64,000 bases of DNA from Pseudomonadota bacterium (GTDB lineage: Bacteria; Pseudomonadota; Gammaproteobacteria; Pseudomonadales; UBA7434): contig JAYYUJ010000008.1 of assembly GCA_036344075.1 (NCBI GenBank), positions 27,730-91,729 on the forward strand, in the 5' to 3' direction. Made by a program: the position numbers and the translations under genes. Below, in pieces: positions 1 through 10,947 of this stretch. A model generated the notes under the pieces. The model saw nothing but the letters and a program-made list of their open reading frames with translations. It was not told the origin of the DNA and did no database searches. Each line of letters begins with the position of its first letter. The first letter of the stretch is position 1.

Positions 1-1028
1 AAATAAGACGCTTTAATTTGCGTACCGGCGATACCATTGCAGGAAAAATTCGACCGCCAAAAGACGGTGAGCGATATTTTGCTTTATTAAAAGTGAGTGA
101 AATTAATTTTGATAAACCCGACAATTCAAAACAAAAAATATTATTTGAAAATTTAACCCCACTTTTCCCAGATGAGCGCTTAACTTTGGAGTCAGGCAAT
201 GGCAGTACCGAGGATTTATCAGGTCGCATCATTGATTTAAGCGCCCCCATTGGTAAAGGCCAACGCGGTCTGATCGTTTCACCACCTAAAGCGGGTAAAA
301 CATTAATCCTACAAAATATGGCCCAGGCGATTATTCGCAACAACCCTGAGTGTTATGTCATTGTGTTATTGATTGATGAACGGCCAGAAGAAGTAACTGA
401 GATGGAGCGCTCGGTACGCGCCGCAGAGGTTATCGCCAGCACCTTTGATGAGCCGCCTGCACGGCACGTTCAAGTTGCTGAAATGGTTATCGAAAAAGCT
501 AAACGTCTAACAGAGCATAAACGTAACGTAATTATTTTGCTAGACTCAATCACACGACTTGCTCGGGCTTATAACACCATTGTTCCCAGCTCAGGTAAAG
601 TCTTAACGGGTGGTGTCGATGCCCATGCACTGGAACGACCCAAGCGATTTTTTGGCGCCGCAAGGAATATTGAAGAAGGTGGCAGCCTGACCATCATCGC
701 GACGGCATTGATCGACACGGGTTCAAAAATGGATGAGGTTATTTACGAAGAGTTTAAAGGCACGGGTAACATGGAGCTTCATCTCGATCGCAAGGTAGCA
801 GAAAAACGAGTCTACCCGGCAATTAATGTACGGCGCTCAGGCACTCGTCGCGAAGAACTACTCACTAAAGAAGAAGAACTTCAGCACATGTGGATTTTAC
901 GTAAGCTGCTGCACTCTATGGAAGATACTCAAGCAGTCGAATTTCTTATTGATAAACTCAAAGACACCAAAACTAATGACGAGTTCTTTACGTCTATGAA
1001 ACGTCAAAAAACTGGAAAAATTGCTTAG
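1..1028 (+). CDS. rho: Transcription termination factor Rho (5'-truncated by window edge)
   Basis: The frame is open from nt 3 ([10 protein letters not shown]...), so the TTG at 18 is internal. There are long near-identical blocks to E. coli Rho: PPKAGKT (Walker A), [60 protein letters not shown]. Confidence 0.97.
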   Translation, partial: IRRFNLRTGDTIAGKIRPPKDGERYFALLKVSEINFDKPDNSKQKILFENLTPLFPDERLTLESGNGSTEDLSGRIIDLSAPIGKGQRGLIVSPPKAGKTLILQNMAQAIIRNNPECYVIVLLIDERPEEVTEMERSVRAAEVIASTFDEPPARHVQVAEMVIEKAKRLTEHKRNVIILLDSITRLARAYNTIVPSSGKVLTGGVDAHALERPKRFFGAARNIEEGGSLTIIATALIDTGSKMDEVIYEEFKGTGNMELHLDRKVAEKRVYPAINVRRSGTRREELLTKEEELQHMWILRKLLHSMEDTQAVEFLIDKLKDTKTNDEFFTSMKRQKTGKIA

Positions 1029-1039
1029 CGATCTAGACT

Positions 1040-2524
1040 ATGAGTTTGCAATTTAATGATTTACGTGACTTCATCGGCTACCTAGAGGACCATGGTAAAT
1101 TAGTTAGAATCTCACAGCCCATTGACCCCTATCTCGAAATGACAGAAATCTGTGACCGCGCTTTAAAACAGCGTGGTCCTGCTATTTTGTTTGAAAATCC
1201 CATCGGTCATGATATGCCAGTGCTAGGCAACCTGTTTGGTACCGAGCAACGCGTTGCCCTTGCATTGGGTGAAACCAATGTCTCTGCTCTACGGGAAATT
1301 GGCAAATTATTGGCCTTTTTAAAAGAGCCTGATCCCCCAAAGGGCTTAAAAGATATGTGGGAAAAAGCACCCATTTTCAAACAGGTGCTCAATATGAATC
1401 CCAAAACTATCAAGAAGCCACCTTGTCAAACTCAGCAGTCGATAGGTGAACAGGTTGATTTATCGCGCCTACCGGTTCAGACCTGTTGGCCTGGCGATGC
1501 AGGCCCGCTCATCACTTGGCCCTTAGTCATTACCAAGGGGCCCAATAAAACGCGGCAAAATCTTGGGATTTACCGCATGCAGGTAATTGGTAAAAATAAA
1601 TTAATCATGCGCTGGTTATCGCATCGCGGCGGTGCTTTAGATTTTAAAGAATGGCAACAACAACACCCAGACCAAGGATTTCCTGTCGCCATTGCCTTAG
1701 GTGCTGATCCAGCCACGACCTTAGGGGCTGTGACTCCCGTGCCTGATAACCTGTCTGAATATGCGTTTGCAGGCTTACTCCGAGGCGCCAAAACAGAAGT
1801 CGCTGAATGCCTGCATTCAGATCTACAAGTGCCTGCCCATGCTGAAATTATTTTAGAAGGGGTTATTGAGCCTGACGAAATGGCTGATGAGGGTCCTTTT
1901 GGTGATCATACCGGTTACTACAATGAAGTTGATCGTTTTCCGGTATTAACAGTAACCGCAATCACGCATCGCGACAAGCCGATCTACCATAGCACCTATA
2001 CTGGGCGACCGCCCGACGAGCCAGCAATTCTTGGGTTGGCATTGAATGAAGTGTTCGTACCCTTACTGCAAAAAACTTTTCCTGAAATTAGCGATTTTTA
2101 TTTGCCGCCTGAAGGTTGCTCCTATCGGCTTGCTGTCGTTACCATAAAAAAAAAATACCCAGGCCATGCCAAGCGAGTCATGATGGGCGTATGGTCCTTC
2201 CTTCGTCAATTTATGTACACTAAATTTGTCATTGTCACCGACGATGATGTTGATGCGCGAAATTGGCAAGATGTGATCTGGGCAATAACAACTCGTATGG
2301 ATCCTGCTAGGGATACCGTGCTGGTTGAAAACACGCCCATTGATTATCTTGACTTCGCTTCTCCTGTTTCAGGCCTTGGATCAAAAATGGGCTTAGATGC
2401 CACTAATAAATGGCCAGGCGAAACGGATCGCGAATGGGGTGAACCCATTACTATGGATCCCGCCGTAGTCGAAAAAATCGATCAGCTTTGGTCTTCATTA
2501 GGAATCGAGCAAAGCGATGCTTAA
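1040..2524 (+). CDS. ubiD: 4-hydroxy-3-polyprenylbenzoate decarboxylase (UbiD)
   Basis: The 494-aa product is collinear with E. coli UbiD (LRDF..., [49 protein letters not shown]). The rho-ubiD adjacency is typical of pseudomonad-like genomes. Confidence 0.95.
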   Translation: MSLQFNDLRDFIGYLEDHGKLVRISQPIDPYLEMTEICDRALKQRGPAILFENPIGHDMPVLGNLFGTEQRVALALGETNVSALREIGKLLAFLKEPDPPKGLKDMWEKAPIFKQVLNMNPKTIKKPPCQTQQSIGEQVDLSRLPVQTCWPGDAGPLITWPLVITKGPNKTRQNLGIYRMQVIGKNKLIMRWLSHRGGALDFKEWQQQHPDQGFPVAIALGADPATTLGAVTPVPDNLSEYAFAGLLRGAKTEVAECLHSDLQVPAHAEIILEGVIEPDEMADEGPFGDHTGYYNEVDRFPVLTVTAITHRDKPIYHSTYTGRPPDEPAILGLALNEVFVPLLQKTFPEISDFYLPPEGCSYRLAVVTIKKKYPGHAKRVMMGVWSFLRQFMYTKFVIVTDDDVDARNWQDVIWAITTRMDPARDTVLVENTPIDYLDFASPVSGLGSKMGLDATNKWPGETDREWGEPITMDPAVVEKIDQLWSSLGIEQSDA

Positions 2525-2569
2525 CCACCTGCTAATAATTCGCTACCACTAAGTTTCGGATTAAATGCT

Positions 2570-4504
2570 ATGAGCTATCAGCAAGAATATCAGCAGTCTC
2601 TCAATAATAATATTGAATTTTGGGCCTCTAAGGCCAAAGCTTTAAGCTGGTTCAAACCGCCGCAAACCATTTTAAGCAAAGACGCAAACGGTATCGACAG
2701 ATGGTTTGCTGATGGTCAGCTTAACACGGCTTATCTCGCTCTCGATTATCAAATAGAACAAGGCCGGGGCGATCAAGCAGCTGTTATTTATGATTCCCCG
2801 GTGACTAACACGATTGAATCCATTAGCTATTCAACGTTGCGTGATCGCGTGGCGTTATTGGCTGGCGTACTTAGCTCTTTAGGTATCAATCAAGGCGATC
2901 GAGTACTGATTTATTTACCGATGATTCCGCAAGCGGTGATTGCTATGCTAGCTTGCGCAAGAATCGGCGCAATCCATTCAGTTGTATTCGGTGGTTTTGC
3001 CGCACAAGAAATTGCTAGCCGAATTGACGATGCTACCCCTGATGTTATCTTAACGGCTTCTTGTGGTATTGAATTTGATAATATTATTCCTTATCTCCCT
3101 ATTGTAGACCAAGCAATAACGTTAGCAACTCATCACATTAAGCATTGTGTAGTTTACCAACGCCAACAACATCATGCTGAGCTTAAAGCTAAACCAACCT
3201 CTTCTGCAAGCGATAACACAGTTATATACAGTGATTGGCAGGCATTACTCAATCAAGCTTCACCAGCTAATTGCGTAACGGTCAAGGCCACTGATCCGCT
3301 CTACATTTTATACACCTCAGGTACAACGGGAAAACCTAAGGGAGTTGTCAGAGATAATGGTGGTCATGCTGTGGCACTGCATTACAGCATGAAAGCTATT
3401 TATAATATTGAACCTGGCGAGGTTTTTTGGGCCGCATCGGATGTTGGCTGGGTGGTCGGCCACTCCTATATCGTCTACGGACCGCTAATCGCTGGCTGCA
3501 CCACCGTTTTGTATGAAGGTAAGCCGATTCGAACCCCTGACGCTGGCGCATTTTGGCGAGTCTGCGAACAACATAAAGTAAAAGCAATATTTTCTGCACC
3601 GACAGCATTCAGGGCAATTAAAAAAGTGGATGCGAATGGCAAATACCTTAGTCGTTATGATTTATCACATCTCCAAGCGGCTTTTCTAGCAGGCGAACGA
3701 ACCGACCCCGCCACCTTTGAATGGCTAAGCCAACTCTTAGATAAACCGATTATCGATCATTGGTGGCAAACAGAGACAGGTTGGTCGATTACTGCAAGTA
3801 TGACGGGTATTGAAAGCTTGCCTTGCAAAGCAGGCTCAGCTTCTTTGCCCGTGCCAGGCTTTGAGCTGAGTATTGTCGACGACGCCGGAAATCGTTTAGC
3901 TGCTAATCAGCAAGGGAATATCTTGCTTAAACTGCCGCTTCCGCCCTCAAGCTTTCCAACCCTTTGGAACGATTTTGATCGCTATCAAGCGAACTACCTT
4001 AGTGATTTTCCTGGCTTTTACCTCACGGGTGACGGTGGTTATTTTGACGAGCAAGGTTATTTATTTGTCATGGGACGCACTGACGATGTGATTAATATTG
4101 CTGGCCATCGTTTTTCTACTGGCGAGATGGAAGAAGTCGTTGCCTCCCATTCAGCCATTGCTGAATGCGCGGTGATCGGCATTCAAGACCCACTGAGAGG
4201 CCAAGTGCCGATTGCCATGGTAATTGTTAAGGATGGTATAGTAAGTGAAAGTATTAATCGAATACCCGAGGAAATTATCGCATTAGTACGCGAAAAGATT
4301 GGTGCAGTCGCCTATTTAAAGCATGCCTTAGTCGTGAAACGCCTACCTAAAACCCGCTCAGGCAAAATACTTCGCAACGCACTAAGGCAACTGGCTGACG
4401 GTGAAAATTTCAAACCGCCATCAACAATCGATGACCCTGAAGCGTTAACAGAAATGGAAAAAATATTTAAGGATTATAAAGTTGGCTACTATCAGTCACC
4501 ATAA
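2570..4504 (+). CDS. prpE: Propionate--CoA ligase-like acyl-CoA synthetase (AMP-forming, PrpE/Acs family)
   Basis: The 644-aa product is collinear with E. coli PrpE, with the AMP-binding signature YTSGTTGKPKG, GWVVGHSYIVYGPL, GRTDDVINIAGHR and PKTRSGKILR. Substrate assignment is by similarity only. Confidence 0.75.
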   Translation: MSYQQEYQQSLNNNIEFWASKAKALSWFKPPQTILSKDANGIDRWFADGQLNTAYLALDYQIEQGRGDQAAVIYDSPVTNTIESISYSTLRDRVALLAGVLSSLGINQGDRVLIYLPMIPQAVIAMLACARIGAIHSVVFGGFAAQEIASRIDDATPDVILTASCGIEFDNIIPYLPIVDQAITLATHHIKHCVVYQRQQHHAELKAKPTSSASDNTVIYSDWQALLNQASPANCVTVKATDPLYILYTSGTTGKPKGVVRDNGGHAVALHYSMKAIYNIEPGEVFWAASDVGWVVGHSYIVYGPLIAGCTTVLYEGKPIRTPDAGAFWRVCEQHKVKAIFSAPTAFRAIKKVDANGKYLSRYDLSHLQAAFLAGERTDPATFEWLSQLLDKPIIDHWWQTETGWSITASMTGIESLPCKAGSASLPVPGFELSIVDDAGNRLAANQQGNILLKLPLPPSSFPTLWNDFDRYQANYLSDFPGFYLTGDGGYFDEQGYLFVMGRTDDVINIAGHRFSTGEMEEVVASHSAIAECAVIGIQDPLRGQVPIAMVIVKDGIVSESINRIPEEIIALVREKIGAVAYLKHALVVKRLPKTRSGKILRNALRQLADGENFKPPSTIDDPEALTEMEKIFKDYKVGYYQSP

Positions 4505-4528
4505 CCTAACTGCCACAATATGATAAAC

Positions 4529-5071
4529 CTAACGCTGCGGATACAGTTGAAGTTCGCCAGCCGTTTTATTTCGCTGATTACTGCGCTTTAACTCTTTCGC
4601 TTCCCAAAAAGATCGAATCTCAAGATAGTTATCGAGATTTAATTTTTCAGTGCACACCCATAACCTCTCATATCCAGTATGTGAGATCAGCCATTCTTGA
4701 TCAGTTTTGACGTACTCATCCCAATAAATTCCAGCACCGGTAATCTTAACCTTATCATCTAAGCGATAAACAGTATCTTCAAAATGCCACATGCCCGTCG
4801 CATGGGTATCATCAATGAAAGCAATTTCTGGATGGTGTGCCTGATGCTGTGACAAACATTGATGAGTTGACATCGACTCATCCAAAAAATTAAAGATTCC
4901 CTCGCGACCATGGCAGGAATATCGACCATTGTCATAAGCTGTGGTAGCGTCTTCAGTGAAAAGCTTAATTAAATCATCAAATTGTTTACTATCAAGCCGA
5001 CGAAAATATTCATACTTAAGATTTTGTATAGCATCTTTCTCTAACAATACCTGCACTGGATCAAGACTCAT
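4529..5071 (-). CDS. SnoaL-like / NTF2-fold protein, function unknown
   Basis: The 180-aa product has an N-terminal pattern (IQNLKYEYFRRLDSKQFDDLIKLFTEDA) typical of SnoaL_4/NTF2-like domains. Confidence 0.55.
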   Translation of the reverse strand: MSLDPVQVLLEKDAIQNLKYEYFRRLDSKQFDDLIKLFTEDATTAYDNGRYSCHGREGIFNFLDESMSTHQCLSQHQAHHPEIAFIDDTHATGMWHFEDTVYRLDDKVKITGAGIYWDEYVKTDQEWLISHTGYERLWVCTEKLNLDNYLEIRSFWEAKELKRSNQRNKTAGELQLYPQR

Positions 5072-5185
5072 GGTATTCTCCTAACGGTTACGCATCCGAA
5101 ATTTTTTTATATAATTTTTATCTACAACGCTAATCTGTATCTGTGTGGCTATAACGATAAGGTAACACTAAACAAATATTAAACA

Positions 5186-5665
5186 ATGACCATTCATATC
5201 GTATTCGTCTGTCTGGGTAACATTTGCCGTTCACCAAGCGCTCAAGGTATTCTTGAGAAGCTAGTAAACGATGCTAAGTTGCAAGATAAAATTACCGTTG
5301 ATTCATGTGGTACAGCGGCTTTTAATGTTGGTAAGCATCCCGACCCTAGGGCTATTGCTGCCTGCCAGCGAAAAGGCTATTCAATTGAACGGCAGATCGC
5401 GAGACAAATCACGCCAACTGACTATCAGAAAGCTAATTATATTATATCAATGGATAATATTAATTTAATGAGCGTGAAGGCATGGGCGCCAGCTGACTAC
5501 CAAGGTGAGCTGAGTTTATTTATGCGCTACGGCGGCGGCAGCGAATTCGCGCAAATACCCGACCCTTACTACCAAGAAGCCAATCAATTTGATGGAACAA
5601 TTACTGTTTTAGAAAAAGCTGCAAAAGGCTTGCTTGCATACTTAAGAAAAAATCATCAGCTTTAA
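5186..5665 (+). CDS. Low-molecular-weight protein-tyrosine phosphatase
   Basis: The 159-aa product has the N-terminal P-loop VCLGNICRSP (C-X5-R-S) and a C-terminal DPYY motif, both characteristic of LMW-PTPs. Confidence 0.85.
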   Translation: MTIHIVFVCLGNICRSPSAQGILEKLVNDAKLQDKITVDSCGTAAFNVGKHPDPRAIAACQRKGYSIERQIARQITPTDYQKANYIISMDNINLMSVKAWAPADYQGELSLFMRYGGGSEFAQIPDPYYQEANQFDGTITVLEKAAKGLLAYLRKNHQL

Positions 5666-5669
5666 ATGA

Positions 5670-6791
5670 TTAATCCTTTAAGGCGCTGTGCCATCGCTGA
5701 TGCCATAGTTGTACTACCGGTTCATTTCTACCAATAATAATATCAGCCCCATTTGCCGACAATCCCTGGTGGCATTGTTCCGCTGCGGGTAGATCCTCGT
5801 TAGCAAAGATATCTCCTCCAAAGTTATATGACTGAAGACTTTCTTCAATAGAATCACCCTTTGCACAAGATCCCAAATAATATACTACCGACTCATCTAC
5901 AGAATCTCCAGGCTCAACTCGAATGATTTGCGCATCTTTAGAATTGACAACAATCACAGTGCCAGGAAACAATGTATGACTGATTGCGCCTGGCAATCGT
6001 TGCGGCCATTCGCTTACAGGTTTTTCAGCCCAGTTCTCTATCCCTTTTAGAGGAAAGGCCCATCTCGTGTGCAAACCAAACTCATCAAATACACTGTGTG
6101 ATGTCATAACTGGAGCTAATGATTTACCATGTAATTTAGCAAAATGATATGACTCATGACTAAGGCTCACAATTAGTTTCCAATTGGCAGCCACATTAAA
6201 TTTTCTCGTGCTTATATTCTCTAATTGAGAGAAGTCAAACTCTTTAAGATGGGCATCTAAAGGCGATAGAAAATTTTTCAAGACGGAGGTTGAAAAATTT
6301 TTTCCTAGGCCGACTAAAAGTAAGCCCTGATTTTCAATAATTGGAATTGAGTCTAGTTTTGTATCCTCTTTTTTAATATCGAAACAATTATGCTTTGGTA
6401 TGCCTATTAGATCTCCATCTAAATTATAAGTCCATCCATGAAAACCACAGCTCATAGTTTTTTTATTCCCTGTGCCTTCAGCAACTCGAGCACCGCGATG
6501 AGAGCATGCGTTAATAAACGCTTTCAATTCGCCAAGTTCGTTACGGGTAACTACAATAGGGATGCCCATACACTCAACCGTCATAAAGCTATTAGGCTCG
6601 GAAACGGTTCCTGAGAAACCAATTAATTGAGGGGTTTCGAAAAAAAATTGCTGGCGCTCTTTTTCAAACCGTTCTGTATCAGTGAAAAAGCTGGCAGGCT
6701 CAGTGATTGAATTCTCAGATTCATCACTACTGTCATTCACAATATGATCAATTAAACGAGACATTAATTGCTGGGATATGTTTTTTGACAT
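5670..6791 (-). CDS. Rieske [2Fe-2S] aromatic-ring-hydroxylating oxygenase, alpha-subunit-like
   Basis: The Rieske motif is CSHRGARV...CGFHGW (C-x-H...C-x-x-H). At 373 aa the size fits a catalytic alpha subunit. No partner reductase or ferredoxin gene lies adjacent. Confidence 0.75.
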   Translation of the reverse strand: MSKNISQQLMSRLIDHIVNDSSDESENSITEPASFFTDTERFEKERQQFFFETPQLIGFSGTVSEPNSFMTVECMGIPIVVTRNELGELKAFINACSHRGARVAEGTGNKKTMSCGFHGWTYNLDGDLIGIPKHNCFDIKKEDTKLDSIPIIENQGLLLVGLGKNFSTSVLKNFLSPLDAHLKEFDFSQLENISTRKFNVAANWKLIVSLSHESYHFAKLHGKSLAPVMTSHSVFDEFGLHTRWAFPLKGIENWAEKPVSEWPQRLPGAISHTLFPGTVIVVNSKDAQIIRVEPGDSVDESVVYYLGSCAKGDSIEESLQSYNFGGDIFANEDLPAAEQCHQGLSANGADIIIGRNEPVVQLWHQRWHSALKD

Positions 6792-6827
6792 GCTTGTTAT
6801 TCTATCTTTGTCAATGATGATTCGCGA

Positions 6828-7370
6828 TTATACATTCATTAGAACACTTCGGTAATAGCGTAACTCTTCAATAGAGTCTTTAATATCATCCATCGCCAAA
6901 TGACTGGCCTTTTTTTTCATTCCTTCAAGTGCCTTAGGCTTCCACCGGCGAGCCAACTCTTTCAAGGTGCTGACATCTAAATTACGGTAATGAAAAAAAC
7001 CCTCTAACTCAGGCATATAGTTCGCCATGAAGCGGCGATCTTGACAAATACTATTACCGCACATCGGTGAATCTCCCGCCTGCAAATGCTTGCGTAAAAA
7101 CGCCAAAGTCTGCGCCTCAGCGTCAGCCATGGTTAACTGACTCTCACGGACTCGCTGAACCAAACCAGACTGTCCATGTTGACGGGTATTCCATTCATCC
7201 ATAGCCGCTAAAATTTCATCACTTTGGTTTATAGCTAATGCCGGCCCCTCTGCAATGGTCCGTAAATCAGCATCGGTAACAATGGTAGCAATTTCTATAA
7301 TAACATCGGTATCGGGTTTTAAGCCGGTCATTTCTAAGTCGATCCAAATTAAACGATTCAATTCTTGCAT
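6828..7370 (-). CDS. orn: Oligoribonuclease
   Basis: The 180-aa product has the DEDDh motif [11 protein letters not shown] and HLAMDDI near the C-terminus. It is divergent from rsgA, as in E. coli. Confidence 0.93.
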   Translation of the reverse strand: MQELNRLIWIDLEMTGLKPDTDVIIEIATIVTDADLRTIAEGPALAINQSDEILAAMDEWNTRQHGQSGLVQRVRESQLTMADAEAQTLAFLRKHLQAGDSPMCGNSICQDRRFMANYMPELEGFFHYRNLDVSTLKELARRWKPKALEGMKKKASHLAMDDIKDSIEELRYYRSVLMNV

Positions 7371-7542
7371 ACTGAAAAGCTCCTCTCTAAAACTGAGTAT
7401 AACGGGGCTAGAGCCTGACTGAAACCATCGTTTGAGATTTTCGTCGATTAGTTTGTCTGACTATTTGGCAATAAACACGAAGCAATTGTAGTTATCGGCA
7501 CGAGACAGTAAGCTAAACGCTTAACTCTTATACAATCGACTT

Positions 7543-8562
7543 ATGAGCAAACGAAAACTTAATCTACAGCAGCAACAGCGTATTGCCGATAAACAGGCAG
7601 AAGTGGCCGATCAGACCCAGCAATCTGATCTTCTTCGCGGTTTAGTGATGAGTCATCATGGCCAAGAGGTAGAGGTGGTGTTAATTGATGAAGACAATTC
7701 GCCGATTGCCAACAATAGCCAACGTTGTCACTTCCGAGCCAATTTGCCAACTGTTGTGTGCGGTGATCGCGTGCTGTGGCGTCCGCTTGAGCAGGCGGAT
7801 ACCGGTATCGTTGAGGCATTATTGAAGCGTGACTCATTACTTGAACGCCCCCGACCTTACCAAGACCCCAAGCCGGTTGCCGCTAATATCGATAGCATTA
7901 TTGTTACCTTAGCACCAAAGCCCGCGCCGATTAGCAGCTTGATTGATCGGTTTCTTATTGCCGCAGAAAATGCAAACATAGAGGTATGCTTATTATTAAA
8001 TAAAGAGGATCTTCTTACCGACAACCCAGTCGTTGCCGCTGAATTAGAGCAATTACTGACACTGTATCGTAATATAGGTTATCAAACCTTTAGCTTTTCA
8101 GCGCAGTCATCGGCATCGGTTGAGCAGCGAGCCTTTATTCAGTTTATCGCCGATAAAACCAGTATTTTAGTTGGTCAATCAGGCGTAGGTAAGTCAACCC
8201 TTATTAATACTTTAAGCGGCGCTGAAAAAGCCAAAACCGCCACCATCTCCAGTGCCAATGATAAGGGCCGGCATACCACCACCACAGCACAACTCTACCC
8301 TTTAAACCGTCATGAAATAGCCGGCAGTGGGGCTATTATTGACTCTCCAGGAATACGCGAGTTTGGTTTATGGCACTTAAGTCCAGCCGCCATCATTAAC
8401 GGTCTACCTGAGTTTAGGGCTCAGGCTGTTTTATGTAAATTCAGAGATTGTGAACATGGCAAAAGTCAAGGTTGCGCATTACAATTAGCCTTTGAAGAAG
8501 GCAAGATACATCCTTCACGAATCAGTAGTTATCGACATATACTGAATTCACTGAATAACTGA
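7543..8562 (+). CDS. rsgA: Ribosome small-subunit-dependent GTPase A
   Basis: It has circularly permuted GTPase motifs (LNKEDL, then GQSGVGKSTLIN) and a C-terminal Zn-finger-like CKFRDCEH...C. The orn/rsgA synteny is conserved. Confidence 0.92.
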   Translation: MSKRKLNLQQQQRIADKQAEVADQTQQSDLLRGLVMSHHGQEVEVVLIDEDNSPIANNSQRCHFRANLPTVVCGDRVLWRPLEQADTGIVEALLKRDSLLERPRPYQDPKPVAANIDSIIVTLAPKPAPISSLIDRFLIAAENANIEVCLLLNKEDLLTDNPVVAAELEQLLTLYRNIGYQTFSFSAQSSASVEQRAFIQFIADKTSILVGQSGVGKSTLINTLSGAEKAKTATISSANDKGRHTTTTAQLYPLNRHEIAGSGAIIDSPGIREFGLWHLSPAAIINGLPEFRAQAVLCKFRDCEHGKSQGCALQLAFEEGKIHPSRISSYRHILNSLNN

Positions 8563-8596
8563 TGAGACCCCCTTTTCCACGTGAGAATAAATCGCT

Positions 8597-9451
8597 ATGG
8601 ACAACATGACTGACATCACTGCCCGGAATGAATTGTTGATTGACAGTGAGCAGCTCGAATATCTGCTCGACGATGATGCCACACTGATTGTTTTTGTTGG
8701 CAGCGAGGCCGCTTTTAATGCTGGCCATATACCTAATTCAATACACGTTTCACCGTCTGAGTTAACCTGCGGCATTCCTCCTGCAGTGGGTAAGCTGCCA
8801 AGTATCGACAAGTTAACCGCGCTGTTTCGCCGTATAGGCTTAACCGAAAACAGTCAACTTATTGCCTATGATGATGAAGGCGGTGGTTGGGCCGGTCGAT
8901 TAATTTGGACCCTCGATATCATTGGTCACAAGCATTATCAATACCTCGATGGTGGCCTTCATCGCTGGCAGGCTGAAAAACGACCTCTCAAAGATTCAAC
9001 CGCTTTCTTAGAACAGGCGCATTCAGACTACCAAGTCACCATTCGGAGTGAGCTTTTGGTAACAGCAGAAAGTATTATTAATGACATATCTACCAAGCAA
9101 ATTCACATCTGGGATGCACGATCGGCTCAAGAGCATCACGGTGAAAAAGTCCTAGCTGATCGAGGCGGTTGCATTCCTGGCGCTGCCAATATCGATTGGT
9201 TAGAATTGATCGATCATAGTCGTGCATTGCAACTCAAACCCTTACCACTCATAAAGCAAATGATGGACGAGGCAGGCCTCGATGGCAGTAAAAAAATTAT
9301 TACTCATTGCCAAACTCATCACCGCTCGGGCCTAAGCTATTTAGTCGGTAAACTGCTGGGTATGCCAATTGCTGCCTATGATGGCTCTTGGTCCGAATGG
9401 GGTAATCGAAGTGATACGCCGATTGAGAAAAAGACGTCCACAACGCCTTAA
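8597..9451 (+). CDS. Two-domain rhodanese-family sulfurtransferase
   Basis: The 284-aa product has tandem rhodanese-like halves, and the second carries an active-site-loop Cys (HCQTHHRSG). Confidence 0.7.
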   Translation: MDNMTDITARNELLIDSEQLEYLLDDDATLIVFVGSEAAFNAGHIPNSIHVSPSELTCGIPPAVGKLPSIDKLTALFRRIGLTENSQLIAYDDEGGGWAGRLIWTLDIIGHKHYQYLDGGLHRWQAEKRPLKDSTAFLEQAHSDYQVTIRSELLVTAESIINDISTKQIHIWDARSAQEHHGEKVLADRGGCIPGAANIDWLELIDHSRALQLKPLPLIKQMMDEAGLDGSKKIITHCQTHHRSGLSYLVGKLLGMPIAAYDGSWSEWGNRSDTPIEKKTSTTP

Positions 9452-9468
9452 TTAAACTGACTTAAAAT

Positions 9469-10317
9469 ATGCGAAATAAACTGTTTATTATTCTTCAATA
9501 TTGCTTACCCCAACATATATTGTCACGCTTAGTGGGACTGCTTGCAGACAGCGAAAGACCCTGGCTCAAGCGGAAATTAATTGCTTTATTCAGCCAGCAT
9601 TTTGATATCAACATCGCAGAAGCCATGCCGGCTGATTATGAAAAGTATAAAAGTTTCAACGCCTTTTTTACTCGACCGTTAAAGCCCGGTGCTAGAATCA
9701 TAGATCCAGCTGACAATGCCATTACCTCACCTGCAGACGGTGCGATTAGTGAAATAGGCTATCTCAATGCCGATCGTCTAATCCAAGCTAAAGGTCAGCA
9801 TTACTCTCTGCTTGCATTACTTGGCGGCGATCAGGCACTGGCTAAACCATTTAATAATGGAGCCTTTGCAACAATCTACTTGTCGCCAAAAGATTATCAT
9901 CGGGTACACATGCCCTTTGCAGGACAATTAGAAAAAACATGTTATATTCCAGGAAAGCTATTTTCAGTTAATCAAGTTACAGCTAATCATGTCCCCGGAC
10001 TATTTTCAAAAAATGAACGTTTAGTGTGTTATTTCTCTACCGATTATGGCCCGATGGTCATCATTTTAGTTGGCGCAATGATTGTTGCCGGTATTGAGAC
10101 AACTTGGTCTGGCCAAGTAACGCCAAAATCAAAAACCATTAACTCCATCGATATCAAACAAAATATTTCTCTATTCAAAGGGCAAGAAATGGGCCGCTTT
10201 AAGTTAGGCTCCACGGCAATCGTATTATTGCCTGCCAATAAAGCCAAATGGAAGACAAACCTAATGAATGGGTCTGCCGTAAGAATGGGGCAAACATTAG
10301 GGGAATTTAACTGCTAA
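9469..10317 (+). CDS. psd: Phosphatidylserine decarboxylase proenzyme
   Basis: The N-terminus LQYCLPQHILSRLVG and the self-cleavage motif LGST (FKLGSTAIV) are both present; the product is 282 aa. Confidence 0.93.
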   Translation: MRNKLFIILQYCLPQHILSRLVGLLADSERPWLKRKLIALFSQHFDINIAEAMPADYEKYKSFNAFFTRPLKPGARIIDPADNAITSPADGAISEIGYLNADRLIQAKGQHYSLLALLGGDQALAKPFNNGAFATIYLSPKDYHRVHMPFAGQLEKTCYIPGKLFSVNQVTANHVPGLFSKNERLVCYFSTDYGPMVIILVGAMIVAGIETTWSGQVTPKSKTINSIDIKQNISLFKGQEMGRFKLGSTAIVLLPANKAKWKTNLMNGSAVRMGQTLGEFNC

Positions 10318-10389
10318 ATTTTTCGATATAGGCAATACTCACAAGCATAGATTCAAGCTCAATAACCCTTATAACTGCGAGCAAGCAAT

Positions 10390-10947
10390 ATGGCCGTCAT
10401 TGATCCACGAAAAAATTGGGCCTTAGTTGAACAGCGACTAGCAACTGAGACAGACCCTATTTTAAAACGCAATTTAACCCTTGTTTATACTCACATGAAA
10501 GCAGAGGCCAGCCTCGACTTCGAAGGACTAATGTCAACCGTTGCTGAAGACGCGCGTTACCACTTTTTTGGTAGTGAAGACGATGAGGCCTTTGCAGGCC
10601 CTAAAGGCAAAACCAATGTCGAAGCTTTTTATCAATCGATCATTGATATGGATATCCACCGCATCGAACACAACATCGATCGTTTAGTAGTGGATCAACA
10701 TTGCGTCATTACCGAAGGTCGGATGCGAATAGCCTACCCAGGTTCCCTATTAGAGGGGATGGGTTACAGTGTAGATGACGCAAACGCTTATTATCTTTAT
10801 GAAACTCGTAGCGCTATTGTCTGGCCGATTAATGAAGATGGTTTAATTAGCGGCGAGGACAGCTATACTGGCAACGATGGCTTTGCTGGCATAGCTGATC
10901 GAAAACTCAATCCCGATGACATTGTGACGATTACAGCCGCCTCTTAG
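10390..10947 (+). CDS. Hypothetical protein, probably NTF2/SnoaL-like fold
   Basis: The 185-aa ORF has coding-like composition and no recognisable catalytic motif. The fold guess rests on size and pattern only. Confidence 0.4.
   Translation: MAVIDPRKNWALVEQRLATETDPILKRNLTLVYTHMKAEASLDFEGLMSTVAEDARYHFFGSEDDEAFAGPKGKTNVEAFYQSIIDMDIHRIEHNIDRLVVDQHCVITEGRMRIAYPGSLLEGMGYSVDDANAYYLYETRSAIVWPINEDGLISGEDSYTGNDGFAGIADRKLNPDDIVTITAAS

Noticed and set aside
2146-2155. An A10 homopolymer lies inside ubiD (encoding IKKKY).
   Set aside because: The frame is intact and the Lys run aligns with KK in E. coli UbiD. There is no evidence for phase variation of an essential biosynthetic gene.
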